Shown one piece after another: positions 40,519 to 52,770 of a stretch of 64,000 nucleotides of DNA. Location: NCBI RefSeq assembly GCF_018350175.1, contig NC_058368.1:46502001-46566000 (forward strand). The letters are read 5' to 3'. The notes beneath the pieces are model-generated. The model had not been told where the DNA came from and did no database searches. It saw only the letters and a program-made list of their open reading frames with translations. Position 1 is the stretch's first letter. Every line of letters starts with the position of its first letter. The stretch comes from Felis catus (lineage: Eukaryota). The position numbers and the translations under genes were made by a program.

Positions 40519-40747
40519 ATTTGTTTTAATATTTATTTTTGAGAGAGAGAGAGAGAGAGAGACAGAGTGTGAGAGGGGGAGGGACAGAAAGAGAGAGGGA
40601 GACACAGAATCCAAAGCAGGCTCCAGGCTCTGTGCTGACCTGAGCTGTCAGCACAGAGCCCAATGCAGGGCTGGAATTCAAGAACCCTAGAGATCATGAC
40701 CTGAGCTGCAGTTGGACGCTTAACCGACTGAGCCACCCAGGCACCCC
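40519..40747 (-). mobile_element. CanSINE with a 10-bp inverted insertion
   Basis: SINE body; CCCATTTTTAA repeated at 40508 and 40750. Confidence 0.95.
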
Positions 40748-41519
40748 ATCCCATTTTTAATTAGAGATTCTGCATTCCTTCCTTTATATACCTTTGAAAT
40801 CAGGTAGATTTCAAAAACAGAGGATTACATATAGAAATAGTAAATCTAATAATCGATCATTAAAATAAAAGTGTCACATATGTAATTTACAAAGGCTTGT
40901 GCTCCACAGGAAATACTGGTCAGAATAGTTAGCACTATATGATTCTTTAATGCAATGGTTGGATTTTAAAAACAAATTAATCTTTTAATAACATTCAGTG
41001 TTTAGAAGATTAAATATGGATGATTTAAGTAAGAACATCATTACCACTATGAATAATATTAATAATTAGCTGCCTTAATGTACACTTCATTTTTCACTAT
41101 TTTTATTCTCACAATATTTAAAGTCTCCAGCAGTTCATTATGTTATAGTAATAATACAAACCTCAAAATTATCACATACACATACACCCTGCTCAAAGAA
41201 TTATAATACACTTAATTGTATAAAACTAAATTTATGTTATAACTTAAATAAAGAAAATGTCCAATAAAAGCACAACAAAAGAGAAGTGAAGGCAGTGATG
41301 AAGTCTCAAAATGTTGTTGCCTTGAGATATGTCAGTTTGATGTCAGTTTGATCTGTTTCACTCCACACATCTAATAATTGCCTGGTCTAGTTGTGCTTAT
41401 ACAGGTGCTTAATCTATGCTCAACACATGAAAGTTTTCATTTTGCTTTTTTACTCTTTAGGGTTTGAAGATATGCCAATGCAGTAAATATGCGACTACTC
41501 CATCTCCGGTAGGAGAATT

Positions 41520-42840
41520 CTCTGTAGACTGATTTCCTAGGCACCTTGATAGCTGTTTACATCTTGAAATATATTGGTCTTTTGATTTTAGCAACAACAC
41601 TGTAATTGATTATCTTTTTAGATCTTTAACCACGCCTCCTTTTTTCACAGAATCCTCTCCTGATTTTCCTAAAAAGTAAATACTATTCAGAGTTTCATTT
41701 TTAGCTCTTCCCTCTCTCTCCAAATCATCTTTTCCAAGAATTCCCATTCATTCCAATTTTCAATTTCCAAGTAAGGTGCAAAGTGGTCCCCCCACTGATA
41801 TAAATACTGTTAACTAACTCTGGACACCACCATTTGGCTATTGCACACTTATCACAAATACATTTCCATGAACTGGTCACCTTTTCCCAATTCCGCTCCT
41901 CCTTTTGTATTCCCTTTCCTGCTGAACCATCCATCAACTCATACAAACCAGACATTTGGAAGACATTAACTTCTGACTTCACCTGCTCCTTACATCTCCT
42001 CTCATTAACAAACACCTAATATGTGATCATATTCCACTAGTTCTTTCTAGCCTTTAAGGCACTGTTACATCCATTTCTCCCTCTCCATTCCTGTGGTGAC
42101 TGTCTTAGCAAAGGCTCTATTTATTTGCTACCCAGACTGTTAACAATAGTCTTCTAACTAGGCTTCTTGCCTCTGTGAAAATTAAGAAAAGGAAACATCA
42201 CTAGGGTGGAATCAGGTTTGGCAGGGGGCGCCGTCATGCCCTATGACTCATTGTACATTGCAGACCCAACCAGAAGAGAGAGACCTACTTGTGCCTTGCC
42301 TGTGAATACTATTTTACTATGGCAGCACAGAGTAGGAAGGCTTCCTCCTCCCCCCCCCCCCCCCCCCCGGCAACACCCCAGCCAATGTGAGACAATCACA
42401 ACTCAGCCAGTCAAAAGTCACTATGCTTCACACTCCCAGTTTATACCAATGGACTTTTTTGTTTGTAACAGCTCCTCCCAACTTCCTGCTTTCCTCTACA
42501 AGAGAGCAGTTCATCTCCTTTGCTCCTGGGAATTGACATACCTTGCATGTCCTGGAGTACAATTCTCTGTTATTCTTGAATACACCCATCTTTTGCTGGT
42601 AAAGTAACTGGCAGTTTTATTTTGAAGGTTAACACCTCCAATTGTACGGCACTTTCCAACTGGACCCCCAGTTGGCTGCTAAAGTTTTGCTTATGCCATG
42701 CAAATTTGGTTATGTAATGTGCTGTAGTAAGTCTTTCTCATCCGTAATATTTCCTCATTGCTTTCAGAATATAATCTAAACTCCATAGACTAAATGACAG
42801 CCTTCATGATCGGCCCCTGCCTATCACTCCAACCCATCTT
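41520..42840 (+). mobile_element. Degraded L2 fragment interrupted by a solo LTR
   Basis: Pyrimidine-rich L2-like text, e.g. 'ctctccattcctgtggtgactgtcttag...aatagtcttctaactaggcttcttgcctc' and 'cattgctttcagaatataatctaaactcc'. Confidence 0.6.
42174..42634 (+). mobile_element. Solo LTR, ERV1-class endogenous retrovirus (461 bp)
   Basis: TG...CA termini (TGTGAAA...TTAACA); 4-bp TSD CCTC at 42170-42173 and 42635-42638; CCAAT boxes; decayed TATA-like and polyA-like motifs. Confidence 0.85.
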
Positions 42841-42849
42841 TAAACAGCA

Positions 42850-43070
42850 ATAATAATAGTTGTCATTGCATGTGCCTGGCACTGTTAAAATGCTTTTATA
42901 TACTATCTTATTTACTCTTTCTATCAACCATAGGAAGTGGGATTTGAGACCCCCAATTTTACCAGTAATGTTCCCAGATTTAACTCATCGAAAATCACTG
43001 GATTAGAGAATAACAGAGCCTGGGGCTAAAACAGGTTCAAACTAAGAGTGAGGTCCTTACAACCGCTTTT
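42850..43070 (-). mobile_element. MIR
   Basis: 'tgtgcctggcactgttaaaatgcttttatatactatcttattt...caaccataggaagtggg...ccccaattttaccag'. Confidence 0.65.
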
Positions 43071-43142
43071 CTACCCCCACCCCCACCCCCCCAAATTCCC
43101 TCCCCTCTTTACCTTTTTCCCTTTCTGCTCTAAGTTCTAATC

Positions 43143-43332
43143 CAGCAGTTTTCAACCCTCGAGGTACATTAGAGTGTATAATCACCTGGGAAGGTTTTAA
43201 AAACCTCAGTGGCCTGGCTTCACTCATCTCTTAAGATTTCTATTTTGTTAGTGTGAAGTAGGGTCTGGGCATCAGTATTTTTTAAGAGCAGCCTAGATTT
43301 TTCTAGGGTGCAGCCAGGTTTGAGATATGCTG
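43143..43332. mobile_element. MER5B/MER5A-type MITE
   Basis: 'cagcagttttcaaccct...aatcacctggg...gggtctgggcatcagtattttttaag...gtgcagccaggtttgagatatgctg'. Confidence 0.8.
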
Positions 43333-46239
43333 CCTAATGAAACTGAATTATATATAGCTACACGAAACATCATGTAACCTCTTTATATCTGATCCCAGTG
43401 ACTGTAATTCTTTCTCCCTATGTAATTGTGTATCCTGGATGTTTGAGCTTCCTGCAGATGGAAGTCGTGGATTGCTTGGATTTATAACTGATGTGACTGG
43501 TGGGCAGTAGGCCCTTAACAATAACTTATAAAATAAATACATACGACTTGCTGATTGCTCTTACAAAGACTTTGTAGGAATTAATATGAATACTGAAATG
43601 TAATATTTTGAAGTTCCTTAAATTTCTCAGAAGCTAGGAAAGAATAAAAGCCCCAAAGAAAATGATTTTAATACATGAAATTATTTACACATAAAAAGTG
43701 TCAGTATCTTCCTGCAAAAAGGTCTTAGATGAGGACCAAAAAAAAGTTATTTTTCAAAGTTTTGTAGTGATTAGCATCATGCACAATGTACATGAAAACT
43801 CACAGGCTAGATTGATAGAGTAAGATAACAAAGTCAAGGAGAGATCTTATTTTCTGGTTGAGACTCCCCTCCCTTCAGATAAAACAGATCATAAACACTA
43901 CACCTTTATGCAACTTCCATTTCTCCCCCAGTGACACTACATTTTCCTGATGATTAATTACTTAATCATTGGGAGACTAAAATATCATATTACTTGGCAA
44001 TTGAAATATCATACTATTTGACATTGTTTATCAGTAAACTAACTTAATTTTATTATTGATACAATGATTTAAGTTTCTATTATAATCTGGGCTATTCCTA
44101 TAATTTTTAAGAAGGAAGAAATTTAGGAATTTTAGCTTATTTACATAAGGTTTTATGAACATTTTAATAAGATCTAAAAATCCCATCTCTCTGCTGTTAT
44201 GTAAAACGAAAAGCTAAGTTATAGTATTTTGAGGGGTGATTTGGTGGGGGGATAAAATACATAAGAATATAAAGAGAATCTGAATGCCCACATAATAAAA
44301 ATTAATCATGGTGAATTGCTTTGGGGAGAATCATACACTTGACCCACATTGAAGACTGAAATATTAATCCATTTCTATGACAGAGATCAAGCTTCATAGT
44401 CGCTTTTTATCCTCCTCATAATAGAAGCAACAGTTGTAAACCATAATGTTATAGTTCAAACAATGCCCCCCCTAAGACTTCAAATTTATTATAGCATTCA
44501 TCTCCAAGACAAAAGACCTGGTGTAGGAAAAAAGCTCTTTTTAGCAAAAAGCATGGTTGTTATTTATGGCTCAGATGCAAAGAATGAGTTTGGGGAATTT
44601 ATCAGAGATGAAGGTATGAAATGTTTTAGCTTGTTCTTCTCTCTCTAATCCATAAACCATTTTCTCAGCCACCCAAGTGAATTCTAATGGAACAGGAATG
44701 ATGAAATAATATTTTCCTAGCCCTTTAACACTTTTTCTTCTGTGTAAGTTTCAGTGAGATGAGAAGAATGTGATTTCTTAAAATTAAGGGTATTTTAAGC
44801 AGCAGATAAGCAGTATTTTCCAATACTATGTAATTTAGTCCCTGGGGCAAAATTCAGCATTTTTAATGATGGTGTAGTGTTTATGTGTTTAATTCTGAAA
44901 ATCCCTACTATTACTATTAGTATTATTATGGGCTATCATGAAATTAGAATTTCAGAATAAGCACATTTTCACTAAAACTATTTCAGTAATAGAAGTCCCG
45001 TTATTGCCTCTGAAAACTCAACAGTGTTCCTCAACCTCTTTTATTTGAATATTCTTAATCATTAGCTATACCTGCATCAGCACTCCTTAAAATAAGACAT
45101 GCCATCATCAAAACCAAAATAACTTATGGATTTCCTATTGCCCATCCTTTCTTTTTGAAATGAGTATAAGGCCACAAGAGGGGCGTTTATTTCTCTAATG
45201 ATCAGGACTGGGAGAAGCCTCATGCAGGTAGGAAGGTGTGGGATATAACAGGATGTAATGAAAATTCATTCTTTATACTCACATATTGCTTTCCTTAAGA
45301 CGAAAACATATTCAATAAATGGGAGTGGGGAAAAATGCAAAATGTACAGTATTTGCCCTCAAGAAAGTAAAATGTTTGTAGTTTATGCACTTTTAAAAGT
45401 GTTATAAGAACAGCTCTATGGTGCTGAGCACAATGAATGAACAATAAAGATGCCATTTGTTTTTTTCTTTCCTAATTCAAAAAAAGACAGGTAATTTTAG
45501 AACAAAATAAAGCAGCTGGAATAAAATATGGAATAATCCTTAAACTGAAAACCTTTCCTGGCATTGTTTGATAGATGGTATACTGCTTCTATTGTTTGCC
45601 AAATTCCATTTAAATTGCTCAAACAGCTCAAGGAAAATGTGGACTCTATCTGGACAGTTTTTAACATCATAATCACTGGAATTAAGAACAACCCACTGCT
45701 GAGTTATTTGCCATCATGCATTTCGATTGCACATTTGCTGAGTGTTGGTGCTTTTTCTCCCCCTAGTTTTGATACTATAATTCCTTTGCCACAATTTTCA
45801 TCTGTATTAGACTACTTTAGCTTGACATAGAAATAAAAGTTAATTAGTTTCTATGGCGACCTATGCATTAAACATTGCAGTTCTTTCAGATTTGTAAATA
45901 CATTCCAACTTAGTATTCAGAATGCAATGTGTATAAGCATTCAGTACAAATAGTGTGAGTTTGTTTGCAGTTAAGATAGAATAGGGACTTGAGCCAGATG
46001 ACATAATTCATTTGAGTATACAGTGTCAGTGAAAGATGTCCTAAATTTGACATCTGTGTGCCTTTTACTTATATTTAAAGCCACACACGTCTTTCCAATA
46101 TTTTTTCTAAATGCTTCTTAACAATTTAATACATATACTCTACACAAAATATCTTAAATTTTTCTAGGCTCATTTTAGGTGCAAAGTGCTAAATAGGGGC
46201 CATTTCGCTAAGCCAATAGAGTCTGGACTTTTTTCTCTA

Positions 46240-46430
46240 AAAAGTAGTTTGCAAAGCTTTGTGCACAATAAAAACACCTGTAGAACTTCTTTAAAAGTAC
46301 TAATTTCTCAGTTTCACCTCCAGAATGTGAAATTCAGCATATGTAGGATGAGACCAATGAATCTACACTGTTATCGTGCACCCTAGTTGATAATAATGTT
46401 TGCGTTGGTAGGATCACTTTCATAAAACAC
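46240..46430. mobile_element. MER5-type MITE (degraded)
   Basis: 'cacctgtagaacttctttaaaagtactaatttctcagtttcacctccaga...aattcagcatatgtaggatgagacc'. Confidence 0.5.
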
Positions 46431-48562
46431 AGAATGTAAATCAGATACTCTTTAACCAAATGTAGCCAAAAAAAAAAAAAAACTTTTAAGTTATCAAGTT
46501 ATCAGCATATCACGATTTTAGTACTCTTGTGAAACATTATTTCTTATATTGAGGGTATAAAAATCAGGCTTCTCACACCATTACTCTAATTTTAATTTCT
46601 TTGGAGCAATAAATAATATTCTTCATAAAGAAATCTTCCAGAAAGACCAAATATATCAGTTATTGATTGAAATTAATAACATGTGACATGATCCTATGCA
46701 TAAAGACCTTTCACAAAAAGCAGATGATTTACATGAAAAAGGAGGCTAAATTTTACTATCCACTATTTTCTACAGACAATATTCTTTCTCTATCATGGGA
46801 AAGGCAAGCTGTAATACATTATGCTTTGGGATTCTAATCAGAAACCTATAAACAATGTATAACTTACAAATGCCCTTCAGTGCATTAGAATACTTTTAGT
46901 ACAGCTTTAAAATTTTAAATCAATTCTGCCATTCACTCCATATTATTTATCTTCAATTTCTCCATATTTTAAATGTCACTGTGTCATATTAAGTAATAAA
47001 AAGTTTAAAAGATTATAACCTGAACTTGGCAGATATTCACTTTCATTATTAGGCCTGAAATCCTTGCCTTCTTCTATTTTCACTACCAAAAGAGTCTTAC
47101 TTCTGAGTTTTGCTGTTTTCATTCTTAAATGCAATGAAATCCTGCATTCACTGGACAACCTGAAGTATCATAATGCTGCTTTAAGCCAATTCTAATAGTA
47201 AGTTAATAGTAAGTAAATCTAAAACACTTGGCTCTCAATAGAACTCTTTTGTCACCTATCTTCAAAACTGTAATATTTTGGTAGTCTAAATCATCCTTCA
47301 AATCTATCAGGTATACCACTTATATGTCCCATATTCCAGTAACATTTCATTTGCTCCAATCTGAAGCTCACAAAAGAAAACAGGCACTCGAAGATTGGTT
47401 TTTATATGCACCATAGGTACAAATTATAACTACATTATATAACAGGCTTTATTGTAAGAAAGTGATCCATACCAAATATGCTTGGGTGGTAAATATAATT
47501 TCTTTTCCCAAAACGTCCCCTTAAATAAGTGTTGTTTTCATTAACTTTGTCCCTGTTGTAATGGCGATAGGAATCTCTGTTAACTAAAGCTAGTAAAATC
47601 CATGTAAATATTAGTAATTCAGGACTGAGAATTTTATGGAAACAAAACTATGGACAGAACATCCAGGTGCCTCTGTCCAATATAACACAGATCTTTCCTT
47701 GACGACATGGTTTTTGCCGTAACACTGCTCTCATTAGATTGGAATTTGTGTTACCTTCCTTGTACCAGGACTTACTAATAGGATTGCTAGCAATTATTAT
47801 ACTGAAATGAAATCAGCACAAACTATTAGATCTGTTTAAACAAGTTAAAAATAAACCTTGATTAAATGTTCTTTTATAAGAAGCTGCTCATTAGGGCTAC
47901 ATGGCCTTCAGAAAAATTGGTGTTTCATTAACATCAAAGAATGTATTGCATTTAAACTCCCTAGCCTAAAAAGTTATGTATGAAATAAAGTTTTCAAAAT
48001 ATTTTAGATAATGAAATTTTAGAAAAGATCTTACTTATGGTTCTCGGTTTAGTCAGTAGAAAGAAATATACTCTTAAGATAGTATTAATAATGAGATTAC
48101 AAAGAATACCACCACCACCAAAAGCAAAAATAAGCCAAACAAAAAAGTCAAAAACTTTGCTAAAGTGATCAAATGATAAATTTCTTCTAAACTGAGGTAC
48201 AACTCTGTTATGAAATAGCTGAGTTAGAAAGTCATTTCGGTATTTAAATGCAAATAAGAATTTACTTTTGCAAAAAATCAGCAACTTTTGAACCATGGTA
48301 GCATTTATATGACTCTAAAAGTAGAAGTATACCTTTCTAGAAAGCAGAAATCACTTCTCCCCTATAACAATGAATCAATAAACTACTTTGACCTGACTTG
48401 GTAGAAATTGTTCTGTGGATGATAAATGACCGAAAATAATTAAGATATAATGTTGGTAAATGTAAGTATAGGGCCTACAAAGTCATAGAAAGGATTTGGG
48501 TGTATTTCTTGTCATTTTCCATCTTCCTATCTCCACACCATTAGGCACATATATGCATACAA

Positions 48563-48590
48563 ATACACGCGTGCGTGCGCGCGCGTGCAC

Positions 48591-48640
<50 letters not shown>

Positions 48641-48642
48641 AC
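48563..48642. repeat. 80-bp alternating purine-pyrimidine (CG)n/(CA)n microsatellite
   Basis: Read directly; 11 CpG. Confidence 0.95.
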
Positions 48643-49229
48643 TATTTATCCCACTAGAATAAGATGAATATTAGTTGTACAATACTTGAGTAAAGGTGGG
48701 CATCATCTCCATCGTTGAGGATGGGTAAAGGATAAAAAAAAAAAAAAAAAAAACTATTCCAGAAATGAACTACCAACTAAATTGTCAAACATTGAAATTC
48801 ACAAAAGCATACTAACTAGAGTTAACAGCAGATCGATTCATTTATAGATTCTAATTTACTACAGTGCTCAAAGTTTTTTAAAACAAGATTTCATTTTTCT
48901 GAACAGTACATGTATTATTCTGAACAAACCATGCAGTAATCACTAGTGTAATTTAATCTCTTCATATAGACTGATCTCTATAGTATACTTGCCCCGTGCC
49001 TACACAGTAATATGAATATGTTCTGGTGTTTTAAAGGAACAAACCTCCTAGTTTAGGTAATTAAAATTCCTTAATTAAACGTACTATGGCATAGACAATG
49101 CATTCTTTATAAATCTGTGAGCATGCCTAAAAGCAACAAAATCACACTTTTGTTAAAGCATTTGTGTGTATTTTGCACAATTTTTAAAAGTTTAACCTCT
49201 GTAGATCAATGTGCTTCCTTAAAAGACTT

Positions 49230-49520
49230 TAATAAATTAAAGTGGAGAGAGCTTTTTTTCACCAGGCAGAAAAAGCTGATGAGACAGGTTTAGTTTAATC
49301 TCAGGCAATAGAAGTCATTAACCATTCTCTCAGGGATTAAAATATAGCTTGCCCTTTTCTTCTCTCACTTATCATTAGCATCACTTTAATCTCCTAGCGT
49401 TTCACACTGCTATTTTAATCATTACTTACTGCCTTTTGACAAGTGCAGAACATGCTTTTTCTCATTGAGGCAATATCCTGGTTTTAGCTGACAAATGTAG
49501 GACATAATGTAAAAATATCA
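49230..49520. promoter_or_regulatory. Putative conserved non-coding element
   Basis: Repeat-free; K50-homeodomain-like TAATCT (49296, 49387), GGATTA (49334); TTATCA (49369). Confidence 0.35.
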
Positions 49521-52012
49521 AAGTGACATCTCTTAAACACACCTTCATCATAAAAATCTCTAAAGTTACAATATTCCTTTGTCTAGTATTTCCATGAAAA
49601 TTATCATTTGAAAGGTTTATATCTTAAACAAAGAAAAAAAAAGTTTCTTCTAAATACAACAAAAACTAGTTTGGAAAAAATATTAAACTCATAATGAGAC
49701 CCCAAAATGCACACATAAATATTAATCTTTTGCTCTGCAATAGTCAGGAACTTCCAAATACTTACAAAAGCAGCCTGCTGTTGCAATAGAACTTTGATAA
49801 CAAAATATACAATATTGAAATGTCTACTCCATTACCATTTGATGCTTTTTAATTACACAAAATAGTACATACATCCCAGGTTGAACCAAAATAAAACACT
49901 ACATTGATTATGCCTAATTCTATTATTTTTATAATACCCACCACATGTGTGATGATCAATAAACATTAAGTGATTCTTAAGAGAAAATTTAGATGGAATG
50001 ATAGTTACAGTCATATTAATATATAACATCTGAAAATCTAATGAGAATGCTACAACTGAACTTTCTGTTACACTTTCTAAATTGTTATTTCAGATACAAG
50101 AAAAACCATATGATGTTTGTTAATGTTCTTTTATCTAATGACATTTAGTCTAATTTATAGAATCTCATTAATCTAATCTTCCTAAATGTGAAGTGGATAA
50201 CAAATTTGGAATGAGTCTCTTGGGATTCAGGAATTTAAGTTTTATATTGTCCTTAGATATAAATATTATAAGATGAGAAGATATTCCAGCCTCTTTATAA
50301 TATACTATTTTTACTCAAAAGTAAACCATTGAAATATTTGGTAATTATAAAATCTGACTTTTAAAACCAAAGTACCAATTTTTTGGTAACGATCACTCAC
50401 ACTTGGCCCCAAGCCCTTTAATCTAGTCCATCTGTAATGATCTCACAGTACTTTCAACCATTATTTAACTGTTAGAAGAAAAAATATGTCGCACTATATG
50501 TTTCGACAATAAAATCCCTTCTTAAGCTTCACAAAGCAGAACAATTCATTATTTGATCCCTTTCCAGGTTCAAAGTCTGTCTTATTACAGTACTTCAAAG
50601 AAATATGTAATCAAAGACAAACAGCTGTGAAAACAATCTTTTATTACTTTATTATCATTGAGAATATATCTTTGGAGTAAACCAATGGAAATGGAATACA
50701 AATAATCCCCATTAAGGTAGTTGTTTTGCATTAGTTCACAAACTATGCACAATTATCTGTAAGGTTTTAATTTTATTTCTTATAAATAGATTAATGGCAC
50801 AGTCCAGTCACTCTAACGTCTGTCAAAAAGAAACGAAACAACAACAAACACACACACACACAACAAAAAACAAAAGAACAACAACAACAACAAAGAGTGG
50901 GCTGCTCTAATGTCAAACAAATGTTTTTAATAAACAAATTTTCAAAATGATATTAAGTGATGTGACTCTCTGGATTAACATTAACCTGAAGTGAAATCAT
51001 ATTCTCTGATGCTCATGCTAATCAGGGAGAACTGCAATATTGTTCAACTACAAATTGGTATACACATAATTAGAATTTAGTACCACTTACACTCTGTTCT
51101 GAAAACAGACACAGAATGAAGCAATTACCTTCTAAGGTAGTAGCTGCGTCACCAAAATTATTCCCATATTTTAGGCATCACACAGTAATCTGGTTATGTT
51201 TCTACTTCTTAGAATGCAGGGTTTCTATCATCAATATGCAAATAGATTGGAAAATATAACACAAAGTGTTCAATCTGCAGGCTGGTAAGACACTCTGCAG
51301 GTGTCAGAGTAGAAGTGATGATGTTTTGCCAACCCCTACAATAAAGAACATGTGGAGGCAGGAGGAACAAATATCCCTTGAGCGCATATTATACGATAGA
51401 AAAGTTATACATTATTTCATGTAATTCAGACACCATATCGCCGAGGAAAGCATTACCATGCACATTTTAAAGATGTGGAAACTTAAAAAACTGAGTAACT
51501 TTTGACTCATTTCTGGGTTAACCTAACTCCAAAGTCAACGTGCTCTTGCATTAGACCAGATACCGTCTATGCTAGAACAAACTTTCTAGGTGCACGTCCT
51601 CAAATGCTCTTACAAGGCACTACATTCTAACAAATCTAGCATTTCTTTAGCAGATCCTAAGGCGTGACTACATAGTCAGGGACAAAATGGTTAATCATGA
51701 CTTTCTACAAAGCTGAACTGATGATTCATCAATACAGGCCACAATTAGAAAGACCATTGTCTCTACAGTTCTATGAACATATTGGTAGGCCAAGAGCCTC
51801 ACGACATCGCTCTCACCAAAAGATACGACGGAAAGATGCAAACATACCACCTCACACTGACAAACCAAAGAAAATGGAAACATAACATAAGTATCATGAG
51901 ACTATGGCCATATAGGCAAACAGTTAATTAAGCTTAGTACATGAATTTTGAAAAAAATAGTGGTACAGCCACTTCATTTTTCTGATAGCTCAGTATAATC
52001 TTAAATAGTTTT

Positions 52013-52229
52013 TTTTTTAATTTTTTTTTTCAACGTTTATTTATTTTTGGGACAGAGAGAGAGCATGAACGGGGGAGGGGCAGAGAGAGAGGGAGACACA
52101 GAATCGGAAACAGGCTCCAGGCTCTGAGCCATCAGCCCAGAGCCCGACGCGGGGCTTGAACTCACGGACCGCGAGATCGTGACCTGGCTGAAGTCGGACG
52201 CTTAACCGACTGTGCCACCCAGGCGCCCC
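52013..52229 (-). mobile_element. Young feline CanSINE (SINEC_Fc-type)
   Basis: CpG-rich; TSD TAATCTTAAATAGTTTT at 51996 and 52230. Confidence 0.97.
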
Positions 52230-52537
52230 TAATCTTAAATAGTTTTAATATCTTCGTATTTGTTTAAAAGTCTCTATAAATATAGGTACATGCACACATA
52301 CACATACATATTATACAAAGACACATATATGTTAACTACACTATAGTAAGTTCTTTTCTACTTACATATAACATGGTCTTACTCGAAAGTGTAAGTCTGA
52401 ACTGAATATAATTGTTGCAGGCTTCCCTCGATATTAATAAGGTTATCTGAGTGCCACTTAGAGAAAAGAAAAAAAAATAAAGGAACAACAGGTAGTAGGT
52501 GAAAAGAATTTAATTAAAAAACAAAAAACGAAAAACA

Positions 52538-52624
52538 GAGGCATCTGAGTAGTTCAGTCAGTTAAGCATCTGACTTCGGCTCAGGTCATGATCCCATGGT
52601 TTGTGGGTTCAAACTCCGTGTCAG

Positions 52625-52674
<50 letters not shown>

Positions 52675-52691
52675 CTTCCCTTGCTTGTGCA

Positions 52692-52735
<44 letters not shown>

Positions 52736-52770
52736 AACAAAATACACGTTAAAAAAAATAAAAAGTAAAA
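52538..52770 (+). mobile_element. CanSINE (internal deletion, long (CT)n)
   Basis: Diverged head GAGGCATCTGAGTAGTTCAG, two (CT)n tracts, A tail. Confidence 0.92.

Noticed and set aside
42206..42607. 133-aa ORF with a poly-Pro run
   Set aside because: Lies entirely inside the solo LTR; the poly-Pro comes from the C19 run; GTG start
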